A DNA stretch of 64,000 nucleotides from an uncultured Acidobacteriota bacterium (GCA_963813155.1 CAWEYG010000002.1:608001-672000); one strand, 5' to 3'; shown: positions 10,719 to 21,039, numbered from the stretch's first letter. Notes: generated by a model from the letters alone, not told the origin. Made by a program: numbers and translations.

Positions 10719-11237
10719 ATGGAACGGAAGGCGATCAATTTCGCGCGGTGGATCGACGAGCATCGGAAAGACCTCCAACCGCCCGTCTGCAACAAGAAGG
10801 TCTTCGACGAAGACGAATTCATCGTCATGGTCGTCGGCGGCCCAAACAACCGCAAGGATTACCACATCGACGAGGGACCGGAGCTCTTCTACCAGATCGA
10901 GGGCGAGATGGTCTTGAAGACGATCCAGGACGGGCGCGTCGTCGACATTCCGATTCGGGCGGGCGAGATGTACCTGCACCCGCCGCGCGTCCCCCATTCG
11001 CCGCAGCGCATGGCGAATTCCGTCGGCCTCGTCGTCGAGCGCAAGCGCCTTTCCAACGAGAGAGACGGGCTGCAGTGGTATTGCGACAATTGCACGACGC
11101 TCCTCCATGAAGAGTTCTTTCCTCTCCAGAACGTCGAAAAGGACTTCCCGCCCGTCTTCGACCGGTTCTTCGCGAGCGAGAAGCTTCGCACCTGCAAGAA
11201 GTGCGGCACGGTGATGCCTGCCCCGAGCCGCGGATAG
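10719..11237 (+). CDS. nbaC: 3-hydroxyanthranilate 3,4-dioxygenase
   Basis: [45 protein letters not shown]...RTCKKCG (rubredoxin-like site). Confidence 0.95.
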   Translation: MERKAINFARWIDEHRKDLQPPVCNKKVFDEDEFIVMVVGGPNNRKDYHIDEGPELFYQIEGEMVLKTIQDGRVVDIPIRAGEMYLHPPRVPHSPQRMANSVGLVVERKRLSNERDGLQWYCDNCTTLLHEEFFPLQNVEKDFPPVFDRFFASEKLRTCKKCGTVMPAPSRG

Positions 11238-11259
11238 CCGCAACTCCTTTGAAGATCAA

Positions 11260-12262
11260 TTGCTGAAAATCGACATCCACACCCACGTCCTTCCCGAGAC
11301 GCTGCCGGACCTCGGCCCGGGTTTCGTCCGCATCGAGCCCTCGTCGCCGGGCCGCGCGCGCATGACGATCGACGGCAAGCTGTTTCGCGAGATCGAAAGC
11401 AACAGCTGGGACCCCGCGACGCGGCTCGCCGAGTGCGACCGCAACGGAGTGAACGTCCAGGTCCTCTCGACCGTTCCGGTGATGTTCGGCTATTGGGCTC
11501 CTCCCCGACGGGCGCTGGAGCTCGCGCGGAGGCTCAACGACCACATCGCGGGGCTGCAGGCAGCGTCATCCGGAGCGCTTCGCGGGCCTCGGGACGATCC
11601 CGATGCAGGATCCGGCGCTCGCGATCGGAGAGCTCGAAAGATGCCGGCACGAGCTGAAACTCTCCGGCGTCCAGATCGGGTCGAACGTCAACGGCGCGAA
11701 CCTCGACAGCCCGGAGGTCTTTCCGATCCTGGAAGCCGCGCGGGATCTTGGCGCCGCCGTCTTCGTCCATCCTTGGGAAATGGTCGGCAGAGAGCGGATG
11801 GCGAAGTACTGGCTTCCCTGGCTCGTCGGGATGCCCGCGGAAACCTCGCTCGCGATCTGCTCGTTGATCTTCGGCGGCGTGCTCGAACGGCTTCCCGGGC
11901 TCCGCATCGCGTTCGCGCACGGCGGCGGGGCGTTCCCCGGAACGTTCGGACGCATCGCGCACGGCTTCGAGGCCCGGCCTGACCTGGTCGCGGTCGACAA
12001 CGCCGTTCCCCCGCGGGAGTACCTCGATCGAATCTACGTCGATTCGCTCGTGAGCGATCCCCTGACGCTCCGCTACCTCGTCGACCGGATGGGCGCCGCG
12101 CGCATCGCGCTCGGGAGCGACTATCCGTTTCCGCTCGGCGAAGCGCGGCCCGGCGAATTGATCGAGGGTTCGGGATTCGACGACGCGACGCGAGCGCGGC
12201 TCCTGCACGGAACCGCGCTCGAATGGCTCGGGCTCTCCGGCGAAAGATTCGGCCTCTCGTGA
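11260..12262 (+). CDS. nbaD: Aminocarboxymuconate semialdehyde decarboxylase (ACMSD), frameshift at ~11565
   Basis: KIDIHTH in ORF 11260; MQDPALA, FVHPW, PWLVGMPAET, AHGGGAFP, LGSDYPFPLGE in ORF 11603. Confidence 0.88.
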
Positions 12263-13551
12263 ACGAGCATTTCGAAACGGGCCGGGATTTCGCGGTCGCG
12301 CTCGATGAGCGAGATCCCCTGCGCGCCTTCCGCGACGAGTTCCTGATTCCAAAGCGCGAGAATGGATCGGACGAAATCTATTTCGCCGGCAACTCGCTCG
12401 GGCTCCTGCCCCGCCGCGCAAGACTCTTCGTAGACGCGGAGCTCGACAAGTGGGGCCGGCTCGCCGTGAAGGCCCATTTTTCGGGGCCGGACCCGTGGAT
12501 GCCGTACCACGAGCTCCTGGCCGCTCCGACGGCCAGCCTCGTGGGCGCCAGCCCCGCGGAGGTCGTGACGATGAACTCGCTCACCGTCAACCTCCATCTC
12601 ATGATGGCGAGCTTCTACCGCCCCACGCGCGAGCGGCACAAGATCCTGATCGAAGATCGCGCGTTTCCCTCCGACGACTACGCCGTCGAGTCCCACGCGG
12701 CCCATCGCGGGTTCGACCCGGCTTCCGCGATCGTGCGCCTGGGACCGCGAGGGGACCGGCCCGGAATCGCGACGGAAGACATCGCCGAAGTCCTCGCGCG
12801 GGACGGCGATTCGATCGCGCTCGTCCTCCTTCCCGGCGTCCAGTACTACACGGGCCAGGCCTTCGACATCGAAGCGATCACGCGGCTCGTCCACGAGAAG
12901 GGGTGTGTGGCGGGGTGGGATCTCGCGCACGCCGCGGGCAACCTCGTCCTGAAACTGCACGACTGGAACGTCGATTTCGCGGTCTGGTGCACGTACAAGT
13001 ACCTGAACAGCGGGCCCGGCTCGGTCGGCGGCTGCTTCGTGCACGAAAGGCATGGCGCGAACTCCACCTCGAACACGGAACTGCCTCGCCTGGCGGGCTG
13101 GTGGGGGCACGACAAGGAATCGCGCTTCCGGATGCAGTCCGGCTTCCGGCCTACTCCGGGCGCCGAGGGGTGGCAGCTGTCGAATCCTCCGATCCTGTCG
13201 CTCGCGGCAATTCGAGCGTCCCTGGAAGTCTTCGGCGCGGCGGGAGGAATGGCGCCCCTCCGCGAGAAATCGATTCGCTTGACCGGATATCTGGAGTGGC
13301 TCCTGAAGAACGAGGTCGGAGACGCGATCGAGATCTTCACGCCGGCGAATCCCGAACAGCGCGGCTGCCAGCTTTCCCTCCGCGTTCGACCGGGCAAAAC
13401 TCCGGGAAAGACGGTCTTCCAGAAAATCGAAGCCGCAGGCGTGACTTGCGACTGGCGCGAGCCGGATGTCATCCGCGTCGCGCCGGTTCCGCTCTACAAC
13501 ACCTACGAGGACGTCCATCGGTTCGTCGAGGTCCTTCGCGAGGCTCTTTGA
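12259..13551 (+). CDS. kynU: Kynureninase
   Basis: LDERDPL..FRDEF, YFAGNSLGL, MNSLTVNLH, GWDLAHAAGN, WCTYKYLNSGPG, WQLSNPP, DWREPDVIR. GTG start overlaps the upstream TGA. Confidence 0.95.
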   Translation: MNEHFETGRDFAVALDERDPLRAFRDEFLIPKRENGSDEIYFAGNSLGLLPRRARLFVDAELDKWGRLAVKAHFSGPDPWMPYHELLAAPTASLVGASPAEVVTMNSLTVNLHLMMASFYRPTRERHKILIEDRAFPSDDYAVESHAAHRGFDPASAIVRLGPRGDRPGIATEDIAEVLARDGDSIALVLLPGVQYYTGQAFDIEAITRLVHEKGCVAGWDLAHAAGNLVLKLHDWNVDFAVWCTYKYLNSGPGSVGGCFVHERHGANSTSNTELPRLAGWWGHDKESRFRMQSGFRPTPGAEGWQLSNPPILSLAAIRASLEVFGAAGGMAPLREKSIRLTGYLEWLLKNEVGDAIEIFTPANPEQRGCQLSLRVRPGKTPGKTVFQKIEAAGVTCDWREPDVIRVAPVPLYNTYEDVHRFVEVLREAL

Positions 13552-14930
13552 AGAAGCCCCCCGAAACGAAAGAAATCACTCTCGTCGGCGCTGGCCTGGC
13601 CGGTTCCCTGCTCGCAATTCTTCTGGCTCGGCGCGGCCATCGCGTGACGATCCACGAGAGACGCCCTGACCCGCGCAAAGCAGGAGCATCCCGGGGCCGC
13701 TCGATCAACCTCGCGCTCGCGAACCGCGGAATCCACGCGCTGGAGCAGGCCGGCCTCATGGAACGCCTTCGGGCCGCCCTCATTCCGATGGCGGGACGGA
13801 TGCTGCACGACGAGCAGGGCCGGCTGCAGCTCGTCCCGTACGGCAACAAGCCGCACGAGGTCATCTACTCGGTCTCGCGAGGAGGACTCAACGAGCTGCT
13901 CATGGACGCCGCGGAAGCGACCGGCCGCGTGGCGATCCGGTTCGGGGAGGCGTGCATTGGCGTGGACTTCTCGGGCCGAAAGGTCCGCATCCGATCCGGC
14001 GAGAGCCCGGAGACGCGGGACTTTCCGTACGAAGTCCTGATCGGGACCGACGGAAGCGCGTCGGCGGTGCGCGCGGCGATCCTGGAGAAAACCGGCGGCG
14101 ATCTGGACGACGCTCCTCTCGGCCATGGCTACAAGGAGCTTTCGATCCCCGCGGGATCCGGCGGCGCGTTCCGGATGGAAAAGAACGCGCTCCACATCTG
14201 GCCGCGGGGCGAGTACATGCTGATCGCGCTGCCGAACGCCGACGGCAGCTTCACCGCGACGTTGTTTCTGCCGAACTCCGGAGAGGAAAGCTTCGAAGCG
14301 CTCAAGTCGGAACAAGATGTCTGGCGGCTCTTCGAGCGGCGCTTCGCGGACGCGATTCCTCTCCTCCCCGATTTCGAGGAGCAATTCTTCGAGAACCCCA
14401 CCGGCCACCTCGAGACGATCCGCTGCCGGCCGTGGTCCTTCGAGGATCACGCGCTCGTTCTGGGCGACGCGGCGCACGCGATCGTCCCGTTCCACGGCCA
14501 GGGCGCGAACGCCGCGTTCGAAGACTGCGAGGCGCTCGACGGGCTGCTGGACGAGAAAGACAAGACGTGGGACCAGATCTTTGCGGAATTCGAATCCCTC
14601 CGCCGGCCGAACGCGGACGCGATCGCGGACATGGCGCTGGAGAACTACGTCGAGATGCGCTCGACCGTCCGCGAGCCGCTGTTCCAGCTGAAGAAGGAGA
14701 TCTCGTTCCGGCTGGAGGAGCGCCATCCCCGCCGCTTCATCCCCCGCTACTCGATGGTCATGTTCCACCGCATTCCGTATGCGGAAGCGCAGCGCCTCGG
14801 CGCGATCCAGGCCGGGATCCTCGACGAGCTGACGAAGACCGCGAAGAGCGTGGATCAGGTCGATTTCGCGCTGGCGGATCGGTTGATTGAGGAGAGGATG
14901 GCGGAGGATGTGCTGGGATCGGGGGATTGA
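13548..14930 (+). CDS. kmo: Kynurenine 3-monooxygenase
   Basis: GAGLAG, GRSINLALANRG, HGYKELSIP, NALHIWPRG, IALPNADGSFT, GDAAHAIVPFHGQG.N, NYVEMR, FIPRYSMVMF. TTG start overlaps the upstream TGA. Confidence 0.93.
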   Translation: MKKPPETKEITLVGAGLAGSLLAILLARRGHRVTIHERRPDPRKAGASRGRSINLALANRGIHALEQAGLMERLRAALIPMAGRMLHDEQGRLQLVPYGNKPHEVIYSVSRGGLNELLMDAAEATGRVAIRFGEACIGVDFSGRKVRIRSGESPETRDFPYEVLIGTDGSASAVRAAILEKTGGDLDDAPLGHGYKELSIPAGSGGAFRMEKNALHIWPRGEYMLIALPNADGSFTATLFLPNSGEESFEALKSEQDVWRLFERRFADAIPLLPDFEEQFFENPTGHLETIRCRPWSFEDHALVLGDAAHAIVPFHGQGANAAFEDCEALDGLLDEKDKTWDQIFAEFESLRRPNADAIADMALENYVEMRSTVREPLFQLKKEISFRLEERHPRRFIPRYSMVMFHRIPYAEAQRLGAIQAGILDELTKTAKSVDQVDFALADRLIEERMAEDVLGSGD

Positions 14931-15138
14931 GGCGAGAATCTCAGCACCTTCACCCCCGAACACACCCATCTCGTGACGCGGCGCGGCGTCTGAATGTCGT
15001 TCAGGCGAGACTAACCTGCTGACACGACACAAACGAGGGATTCCGAGGCGGCGAAGAACGAGGTTGGTCTAGGAGTTCCAGCTCGCGCTCGCCGATCTCA
15101 GCATCGAGTCGGACGATCCATCGAAGCTGGAAACATGA

Positions 15139-15627
15139 ATTCCGTTCGCAGCCTCTCGAGTCTCGCGAGACCTCACGCCAACGCCAGTTCCAATCGACCC
15201 ACTCCCACCGGACCTCAAGTTTCTCACCCGAATCACAAACGGCACCGCCCTCGTTCAGCTCATCATCGGCGCCGAAGCTGTAAATTTCGCCAACGACGAT
15301 CTCACCGACGAACAGAGTATGGAAGTCGCCGGCGTACTCTTCGATCTCATCAAGGACTGGGGAGACATCGCAAGTGAAGTACCGCCAAGCAAACGAATTG
15401 AACTCGCACGCGACCTCGGGGCGCAGTTGGAGACAACCCACGACGCCGGCCTGTGGCTTTTTGCCACCCAAATTCCCTACGTCGTCAGTTTTGAGGACCG
15501 GAAGGCGAAAATTACGGCCACCACTTATTACCTAGCGAAGAGCACGAACCCTGCGATCGTGCACCATGGCTCTGGCAACCCAATACTCCCGATACGGATA
15601 CCTACACCAACCGGCTTCACTATTTGA
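15139..15627 (+). pseudogene. Lower-GC ORF remnant, possibly the C-terminal domain of an HNH-nuclease-like protein
   Basis: The frame is open from 15139 (after TGA 15136) to 15627 and the first ATG is at 15319. LTRITNG...DDL...DWGDI...R...L...G...F pattern recalls C-terminal domains of HNH proteins (by-eye recall). Atypical codon usage. Confidence 0.35.
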
Positions 15628-15759
15628 AACACAAACTCTGCGGCCCCGGTCGGCCTTTACGGGGGCAGCTCTGGGAAGGTCTTGTTTTCGTGTATTTTCG
15701 CGAGCCAGCAAAACACGCAACCCCTCACCCGATGCGTGTCGCGTACCCGTGGAATCAGC

Positions 15760-16131
15760 CTAAGGTCGAAGCCCGACCCCCAGCGACAGCAGCATCGCGA
15801 CTTCGATGGCGCGGAGCTGCGCGGCCGTGACGCGGCCGAGAGCCCGGCCCCTGAGGCGCGCCTTCGCGATCGTCAAGACCTGTTCGCATTTCACGAAGCC
15901 CGTCTCGCGCAGACCGTTGCCCTTCGTCGGCTCCAGCCGGACGTGAAACGGCACCGGCTTTCCCTTCGTGCTCATCGCGAGAACGATCGTGTTGGGGTAG
16001 CGCGTGCTCGCGTTGCCGGCGTCGTTCTGGATCACGAGCGCGGGGCGCACGCCCGCCTGCTCGGAGCCGCGAGCGGGATTGAAATCGACCATCCAGATCT
16101 CCCCGCGCCGCGGAGAAGGAGGATCACTCAT
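15760..16131 (-). CDS. mazF: PemK/MazF-family toxin
   Basis: RRGEIWMVDFNPARGSEQAGVRPALVIQND, GL...G.VKCEQVLTI.K.RL. Confidence 0.92.
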   Translation of the reverse strand: MSDPPSPRRGEIWMVDFNPARGSEQAGVRPALVIQNDAGNASTRYPNTIVLAMSTKGKPVPFHVRLEPTKGNGLRETGFVKCEQVLTIAKARLRGRALGRVTAAQLRAIEVAMLLSLGVGLRP

Positions 16132-16366
16132 TCAAGAGCGCTTCGACCTGAGCGGCGAGCAGCGTTTCGACGCCCGACTCCGACGGATCTCCCGCGAGGA
16201 CGTCGTACGCGGCAGCCAGCCTCTTCGAGGCCGAACGGTGGGCCTTTTCTTCGATCGCGCCCCGCACGAGAACGTTGACGCTCACCCCTTCCATCCGGGC
16301 GAGCCGTTTCGCCGCCTTGTAGACAGGAGCGGGCAGACGAACCGTCAGGGCATGGGCGTGTTCCAT
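16124..16366 (-). CDS. Ribbon-helix-helix antitoxin
   Basis: LTVRLP..VY......A..EGVSVNVLVR.AIE; GGAGG SD; overlaps the toxin start by 8 nt. Confidence 0.8.
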   Translation of the reverse strand: MEHAHALTVRLPAPVYKAAKRLARMEGVSVNVLVRGAIEEKAHRSASKRLAAAYDVLAGDPSESGVETLLAAQVEALLNE

Positions 16367-16384
16367 GGGAACCTCCAAAAATTA

Positions 16385-16405
16385 TGGTATCACGCGACGA
16401 TACCA
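16385..16405. promoter_or_regulatory. Palindromic operator of the MazF TA operon
   Basis: TGGTATC-N7-GATACCA inverted repeat directly upstream of the antitoxin SD, next to minus-strand TACCAT/CATAAT. Confidence 0.6.
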
Positions 16406-16776
16406 CCACTCTCCCCCAACATCTCCCTCAGCAGCGACCGGTGGCACGCGGCCTCGTCCGGGCAGTAGCAGCCGACGGAGAAGTTCGTCTCCTTCGAGAG
16501 CGCCGCGAGCAGCGCGAGCAGCCGCTGCGGCGTCGCCGCGGACATTTCCTTCCGGTAGCGGCGGGCGAACTGCTTCCACCGCGCCGGCGTCAGGCCGCCG
16601 TGGGCGAACTTGAGCAACTCGTCGCTCGGCGCCAGCTCCGGCAGCCAGACGTCGTAGAAATTCATCCGAGCGAAATCCTGCTTGCGCACGCCGCGCGGCG
16701 GGCGGCGCACCGTCCCGATCCGCAGGCCTTCGCCCTTCCCCCGCGGCGAGCCGAGCCGGACGATTCGAATTGCCAT
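16390..16776 (-). CDS. DUF488-family (YeaO-like) protein
   Basis: GLRIGTVRRPPRGVRK, DVWLPELAPS..L, W..F..RY..EM, CYC.....CHRS.L. Confidence 0.85.
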   Translation of the reverse strand: MAIRIVRLGSPRGKGEGLRIGTVRRPPRGVRKQDFARMNFYDVWLPELAPSDELLKFAHGGLTPARWKQFARRYRKEMSAATPQRLLALLAALSKETNFSVGCYCPDEAACHRSLLREMLGESGGIVA

Positions 16777-16865
16777 ATTCAGGAATCCTAATCGTTTCAC
16801 GCGCCGGGCGAGAGTGCCGCGTTCCGGCCCTGGAAGGATAAAATGCCGCGAACAGGAGATCGCAA

Positions 16866-19481
16866 CTGAGTCTTTCGCCAGGCACCCGCCTCGGTATCTA
16901 CGAAATCCTCGCGCCGCTGGGCGCCGGCGGGATGGGAGAGGTGTACCGGGCCCGGGACACGAAGCTCGGCCGGGACGTCGCTCTGAAGGTCCTTCCCGAG
17001 ACACACGGGCAGGACCCGAGCCGGGTTTCGCGATTCGAGCGGGAAGCCCGGTTGCTCGCATCGGTCAACCATCCCGGCATCGCGGCGATCTACGGAGCCG
17101 AGGAGGACGGCGACCAGCGGTACCTCATCCTCGAGCTCGTGCCGGGCAAGACGCTCGCGGACTACATGCACGGCCCGCTTTCCGTCGCGGAGACGCTCCG
17201 GATCGGGCGCCAGATCGCCGAGGCCCTCGAGGCCGCGCACGAGCGGGGCATCGTCCACCGCGACTTGAAGCCCGCCAACGTCATGATCGGACCGGACGGG
17301 CGAGTGAAGCTCCTCGATCTCGGCCTCGCGAAGATGGTGGACGGCGTGAAAACTCTCGTCGACGGCCTCTCCCGCGACACGACCGCGGGTTTCGACCACA
17401 CGCGCCCCGGCGCGATCATGGGAACCGTCGATTTCATGAGCCCGGAGCAGGCCCGCGGGCAGCCGATCGACAAGCGGACGGACATCTGGGCGTTCGGCTG
17501 CGTCGTTTTCGAGTGCCTCACGGGGCAGCGGGCCTTCACGGGAGACTCCGTTTCCGACGCGCTCGCCGCGATCCTTCGGTCCGAGCCGGAATGGGACCAG
17601 CTGCCCGCCGACACGCCGCCCGCCATCCGGGAGATGCTCGCGCGCTGCTTTCAGAAAGACGCCTCGCAGCGGCTGCGCGACATCGGCGACGCGCGGCTCG
17701 CGATGGACGAGGTGCTCGCGGAAATCGAGCCGCGGCGATCGACCTCGAGCGCCATCGTCGCGGCTCCCCGGAAGCGCGGGTTTCCAAAAATCGCCGCGAT
17801 CTCCGCCGCCGCGGCCGTCGCGGCATTCGCGATTCTCGCCGGCGTCCTGCTCGTCGGCCGCCGCTCTCGCCGGCCGACCCCTCCCCCGCCCGCCCGTCTT
17901 CTGGCGATCCTGCCGTTCCGCGATCTCTCGAACGTTCGCGACGACGGCCTCGTCGGCGAAGGCCTCGTCGAAACGGTTTCGTCGGCTCTCGGGGGCGCGA
18001 CCGGGCTCCAGGTGGTCTCTCCCGCCGCTTCCGTCGCGGCCTCCGCGGGAAACCCGGACCCGCTGCAGGCGGCGCGAAGCCTCGGGGCGACCGTCGTTCT
18101 TCGCGGATCCGTCCAGCGCAGCAGCGACCGCGTTCGGATCACGTATTCGCTCTGGGACGTCGGCCGCGGAACCGAGATCTCGGGGGGCACCCTCGACGGG
18201 TCGGCCTCCGACCTGTTCGACCTGCAGGACCGGCTCGTCGCGCGGGTGAGCAGCGCGGAGTCCCTTCCGATGACCGGTCCGACGCCGCCCGCGGCGGGGC
18301 TCGCTTCCGGGGACGAGCAGGCGCGCTACCTCAAAGCGGTCGGCCTTCTTCAGCACTACAACACGAAAGCTTCGGTCGACGAGGCGACGGCGATCCTCGA
18401 GTCCCTTTCGCGCGAGGCACCGCGGTCGCCGTACGTCTTCGCTTCGCTCGCGCGGGCGTATCTCGAGACGTTCGACCTGACGCACGATCCGACGGTGACT
18501 CCGAAAGCGGAGACGGCCTCGGGCCGCGCGCGCGAGCTGGGGCCGACTCTCGTGGATGTCGACATCACGCTCGGAGAGCTGCGGCTCCACTCGGGCAACG
18601 TGCCCGGCGCAATCGACGCCTTTCGCCGCGCGCTCGCCGGCTCGCCGGCGAACTACCCGGCCCGTCTCGGCCTGGCGCGCTCGCTCGGCGCGGCGGGAAA
18701 CAGCGCCGAGGCGGAAAAGACCTTCCGCCAGGCGATCGATCTCCAGCCGACCTCCTGGGGCGGATACAGCAAGCTCGCGGGGTTCTACTATTCGCGGGGG
18801 CGCTACGCGGACGCCGCCGCGGCGTTTCGCCGCGTCACGGAATTGACGCCGGACAGCGCGATGGCGTTGTCCAACCTCGGCGGAGCGTATTTTCTCGCCG
18901 GCGATCTCGAAAAGGCTCTCGCCGCGTTCCAGCGTTCCCTCGCCCTGGAACCGACGGCGTTCGCGCAATCGAACATCGGAACGGCGGAATTCTTCCTCGG
19001 CAACTACGGCCAGGCGGCCGACGCGTTCGAGCGCGCGACAAGGCTGACGCCCGACCACTATCGCGTCTGGTCGAATTTCGGGGACGCGCTTCGGTGGCTT
19101 CCGGGACGCGCGCCGGACAGTCTGAAAGCGTACGCGCGCGCGATCGAGCTCTGCCGGAAGGAGCTGGACCGGAATCCCGGCGACGGGCTCGTGCGCGCGA
19201 TTCTGGCGAGCTCGCTCGCGAAAAGCGGCAAACCGGCGGAAGGATCGGCCGAAATCGGGCGCGCGCGGAAAACCGGCGGAGCCGACCCCGACATCCTGTA
19301 CCAGGCCGCCGTCGTGGAAGTTCTCACGCGCGACCCGTCGGCCGCGTTGCAGGATCTCCGCAAGGCGCTACAATCCGGCTATCCCAGCGTCCTGGTCGAA
19401 AGGGATCCGGAATTCTCGGGCCTCCGTGCGGACGTGAGGTTCCAGAATCTTCTCGACGGCGGAAACCGGGGCGCTCATTGA
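16866..19481 (+). CDS. Membrane Ser/Thr kinase with TolB-N-like and TPR extracytoplasmic region (CTG start)
   Basis: LGAGGMGEVY, VALK, HRDLKPAN, DLG, GT..FMSPE, DIWAFG; TM helix; LAILPFRDLS TolB-like domain; multiple TPRs. In-frame TAA at 16839 leaves CTG 16866 (after AGGAG) as the plausible start upstream of the Gly loop. Confidence 0.9.
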   Translation: MSLSPGTRLGIYEILAPLGAGGMGEVYRARDTKLGRDVALKVLPETHGQDPSRVSRFEREARLLASVNHPGIAAIYGAEEDGDQRYLILELVPGKTLADYMHGPLSVAETLRIGRQIAEALEAAHERGIVHRDLKPANVMIGPDGRVKLLDLGLAKMVDGVKTLVDGLSRDTTAGFDHTRPGAIMGTVDFMSPEQARGQPIDKRTDIWAFGCVVFECLTGQRAFTGDSVSDALAAILRSEPEWDQLPADTPPAIREMLARCFQKDASQRLRDIGDARLAMDEVLAEIEPRRSTSSAIVAAPRKRGFPKIAAISAAAAVAAFAILAGVLLVGRRSRRPTPPPPARLLAILPFRDLSNVRDDGLVGEGLVETVSSALGGATGLQVVSPAASVAASAGNPDPLQAARSLGATVVLRGSVQRSSDRVRITYSLWDVGRGTEISGGTLDGSASDLFDLQDRLVARVSSAESLPMTGPTPPAAGLASGDEQARYLKAVGLLQHYNTKASVDEATAILESLSREAPRSPYVFASLARAYLETFDLTHDPTVTPKAETASGRARELGPTLVDVDITLGELRLHSGNVPGAIDAFRRALAGSPANYPARLGLARSLGAAGNSAEAEKTFRQAIDLQPTSWGGYSKLAGFYYSRGRYADAAAAFRRVTELTPDSAMALSNLGGAYFLAGDLEKALAAFQRSLALEPTAFAQSNIGTAEFFLGNYGQAADAFERATRLTPDHYRVWSNFGDALRWLPGRAPDSLKAYARAIELCRKELDRNPGDGLVRAILASSLAKSGKPAEGSAEIGRARKTGGADPDILYQAAVVEVLTRDPSAALQDLRKALQSGYPSVLVERDPEFSGLRADVRFQNLLDGGNRGAH

Positions 19482-19495
19482 GAGAAGGAGGGGCC

Positions 19496-19924
19496 ATGGA
19501 TTCGAGAAACAGGATCTCCGTCATGCTCGCTTTCGGAATCGCTCTGGCGGCTTTCTCGTCCGGCGCATGCGCGGCGACGCCGCCGAAATGGAATACCGGT
19601 TGCGGTTCCGATCCCGGCGATCACAAGATCGACGTGGGAACGGAGGTGAGCTGCAAGCTTGCGGTCGTCTCGAAGAGCAAGGCGAACACCGTCACGTGGA
19701 GGTCGATCGACACAGCCCGTCCGAACGTCAAGATCGTGTTCGACGATCCGGACGCGTTCAAGAACATCAAGGATTGCGACGGGCTCCATGCCCAGTGCAA
19801 CTCGGGCGCGCCGACGAGACCGGGGAACCCCAACTGGGTCTATCTCTACAAGGCCTATACCTGCGACAAGGACGGCGTGACCTGCAGCAACCCCGTTGAC
19901 CCGGGAATCATCATCAACCCCTGA
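19496..19924 (+). CDS. Small secreted Cys-rich protein (possible lipoprotein) ending DPGIIINP
   Basis: AAGGAGG SD; hydrophobic signal ending SGAC; six further Cys; 14 nt after the kinase stop. Confidence 0.75.
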   Translation: MDSRNRISVMLAFGIALAAFSSGACAATPPKWNTGCGSDPGDHKIDVGTEVSCKLAVVSKSKANTVTWRSIDTARPNVKIVFDDPDAFKNIKDCDGLHAQCNSGAPTRPGNPNWVYLYKAYTCDKDGVTCSNPVDPGIIINP

Positions 19925-19976
19925 GGCGGTTAGAATCGAGAGGCGCCGGGCGGAATCGGCGCGGAGGAGCGTTCCC

Positions 19977-21020
19977 ATGAATCCGACCAAGAGCATTGGC
20001 GTCTGTCTGGTCCTGGCCGCGGCGGCCAGTATCTTCAATGTCCCGAAGGCCCGGGCGGCCGACGCCACGTACACGGTTCGCCGGCTGCCGCTGCCGGGCG
20101 GGGCCGGCGCGCCGATCCTCATGGATTACATCGCGTTCGACCCCGCCAGCCGTTCGGTGTGGGCCCCGGCGGGGAACACTGGCGCGGTGGACGTCGTCGA
20201 TGCCTCGACGGGCGCGATTCGGCAGATTCCCGGCTTTCCGACCGCCGTGATGGGGACGGGCGAGCGCAAGCGCGTCGTCGGCCCGAGCTCGGTCACGATC
20301 GGTCGAGGCATCGTTTACGTCGGGAATCGCGGAGACTCGACCGTGTGCGCTTTCGACGCTCGATCGCTCGCGCGCGGCGCGTGCCACAAGCTCGACTCGA
20401 TGCCGGACGGGATCGCGTTCGTCGAAGCCACGAAGGAGGTCTGGGTCACGACTCCGCGGGACAAATCGGTCCGCATCCTCGACGCGATCTCCCTCGACGA
20501 GAAGTCGAGGCTCGCCTTCGAAGGCAACCCGGAGGGATTCGCGGTCGACGCGAAGCGCCATCGCTTCTACACGAACCTGGAAGACAAAGACCTGACGCTC
20601 GCGATCGATCTCGTGTCGCGCAAGACCGTCGCGACCTGGAAGCCCTCGTGCGGCGCGGACGGCCCGCACGGCCTTCGCGTGGACGCGTCCGCGGGACATC
20701 TTTTCGTCGCCTGCAGCGCGCGCGTGGAAGTCCTCGATGCCGCCCACGGCGGCGAGGTCCTCTCCTCGATCGACACCGGAGACGGCGTGGACGACATCGA
20801 CTACTCGCCGGCGACGCACCTGCTGTACGTCGGCGCGGCCAAAGCCGGACAGCTCACGATCGCGCGCGACGATGCGCACGGGAAGCTGTCCGCCGTCGCG
20901 ACAGTGAAGACGGTCGTCGGCGCGCGCAATCCGGCCGTGACCGACAAGGGAACCGTGTACCTCGCCCATTCCGCGCTCGGCGGCCTGAGCGACCTCGTCG
21001 TCGTCGAGCCCCGGAAATAG
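19977..21020 (+). CDS. Secreted YncE-like beta-propeller protein
   Basis: GGAGGAG SD; signal peptide; DYIAFDP, PDGIAF, GNPEGFAVD, PHGL.VD repeats. Confidence 0.8.
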   Translation: MNPTKSIGVCLVLAAAASIFNVPKARAADATYTVRRLPLPGGAGAPILMDYIAFDPASRSVWAPAGNTGAVDVVDASTGAIRQIPGFPTAVMGTGERKRVVGPSSVTIGRGIVYVGNRGDSTVCAFDARSLARGACHKLDSMPDGIAFVEATKEVWVTTPRDKSVRILDAISLDEKSRLAFEGNPEGFAVDAKRHRFYTNLEDKDLTLAIDLVSRKTVATWKPSCGADGPHGLRVDASAGHLFVACSARVEVLDAAHGGEVLSSIDTGDGVDDIDYSPATHLLYVGAAKAGQLTIARDDAHGKLSAVATVKTVVGARNPAVTDKGTVYLAHSALGGLSDLVVVEPRK

Positions 21021-21039
21021 GCGGCGTCGAACGCCGGGC

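Noticed and set aside
11540-11600. Programmed frameshifting in ACMSD and other split genes
   Set aside because: No slippery heptamer or stimulatory structure; the frequency across unrelated genes points to sequencing indels.
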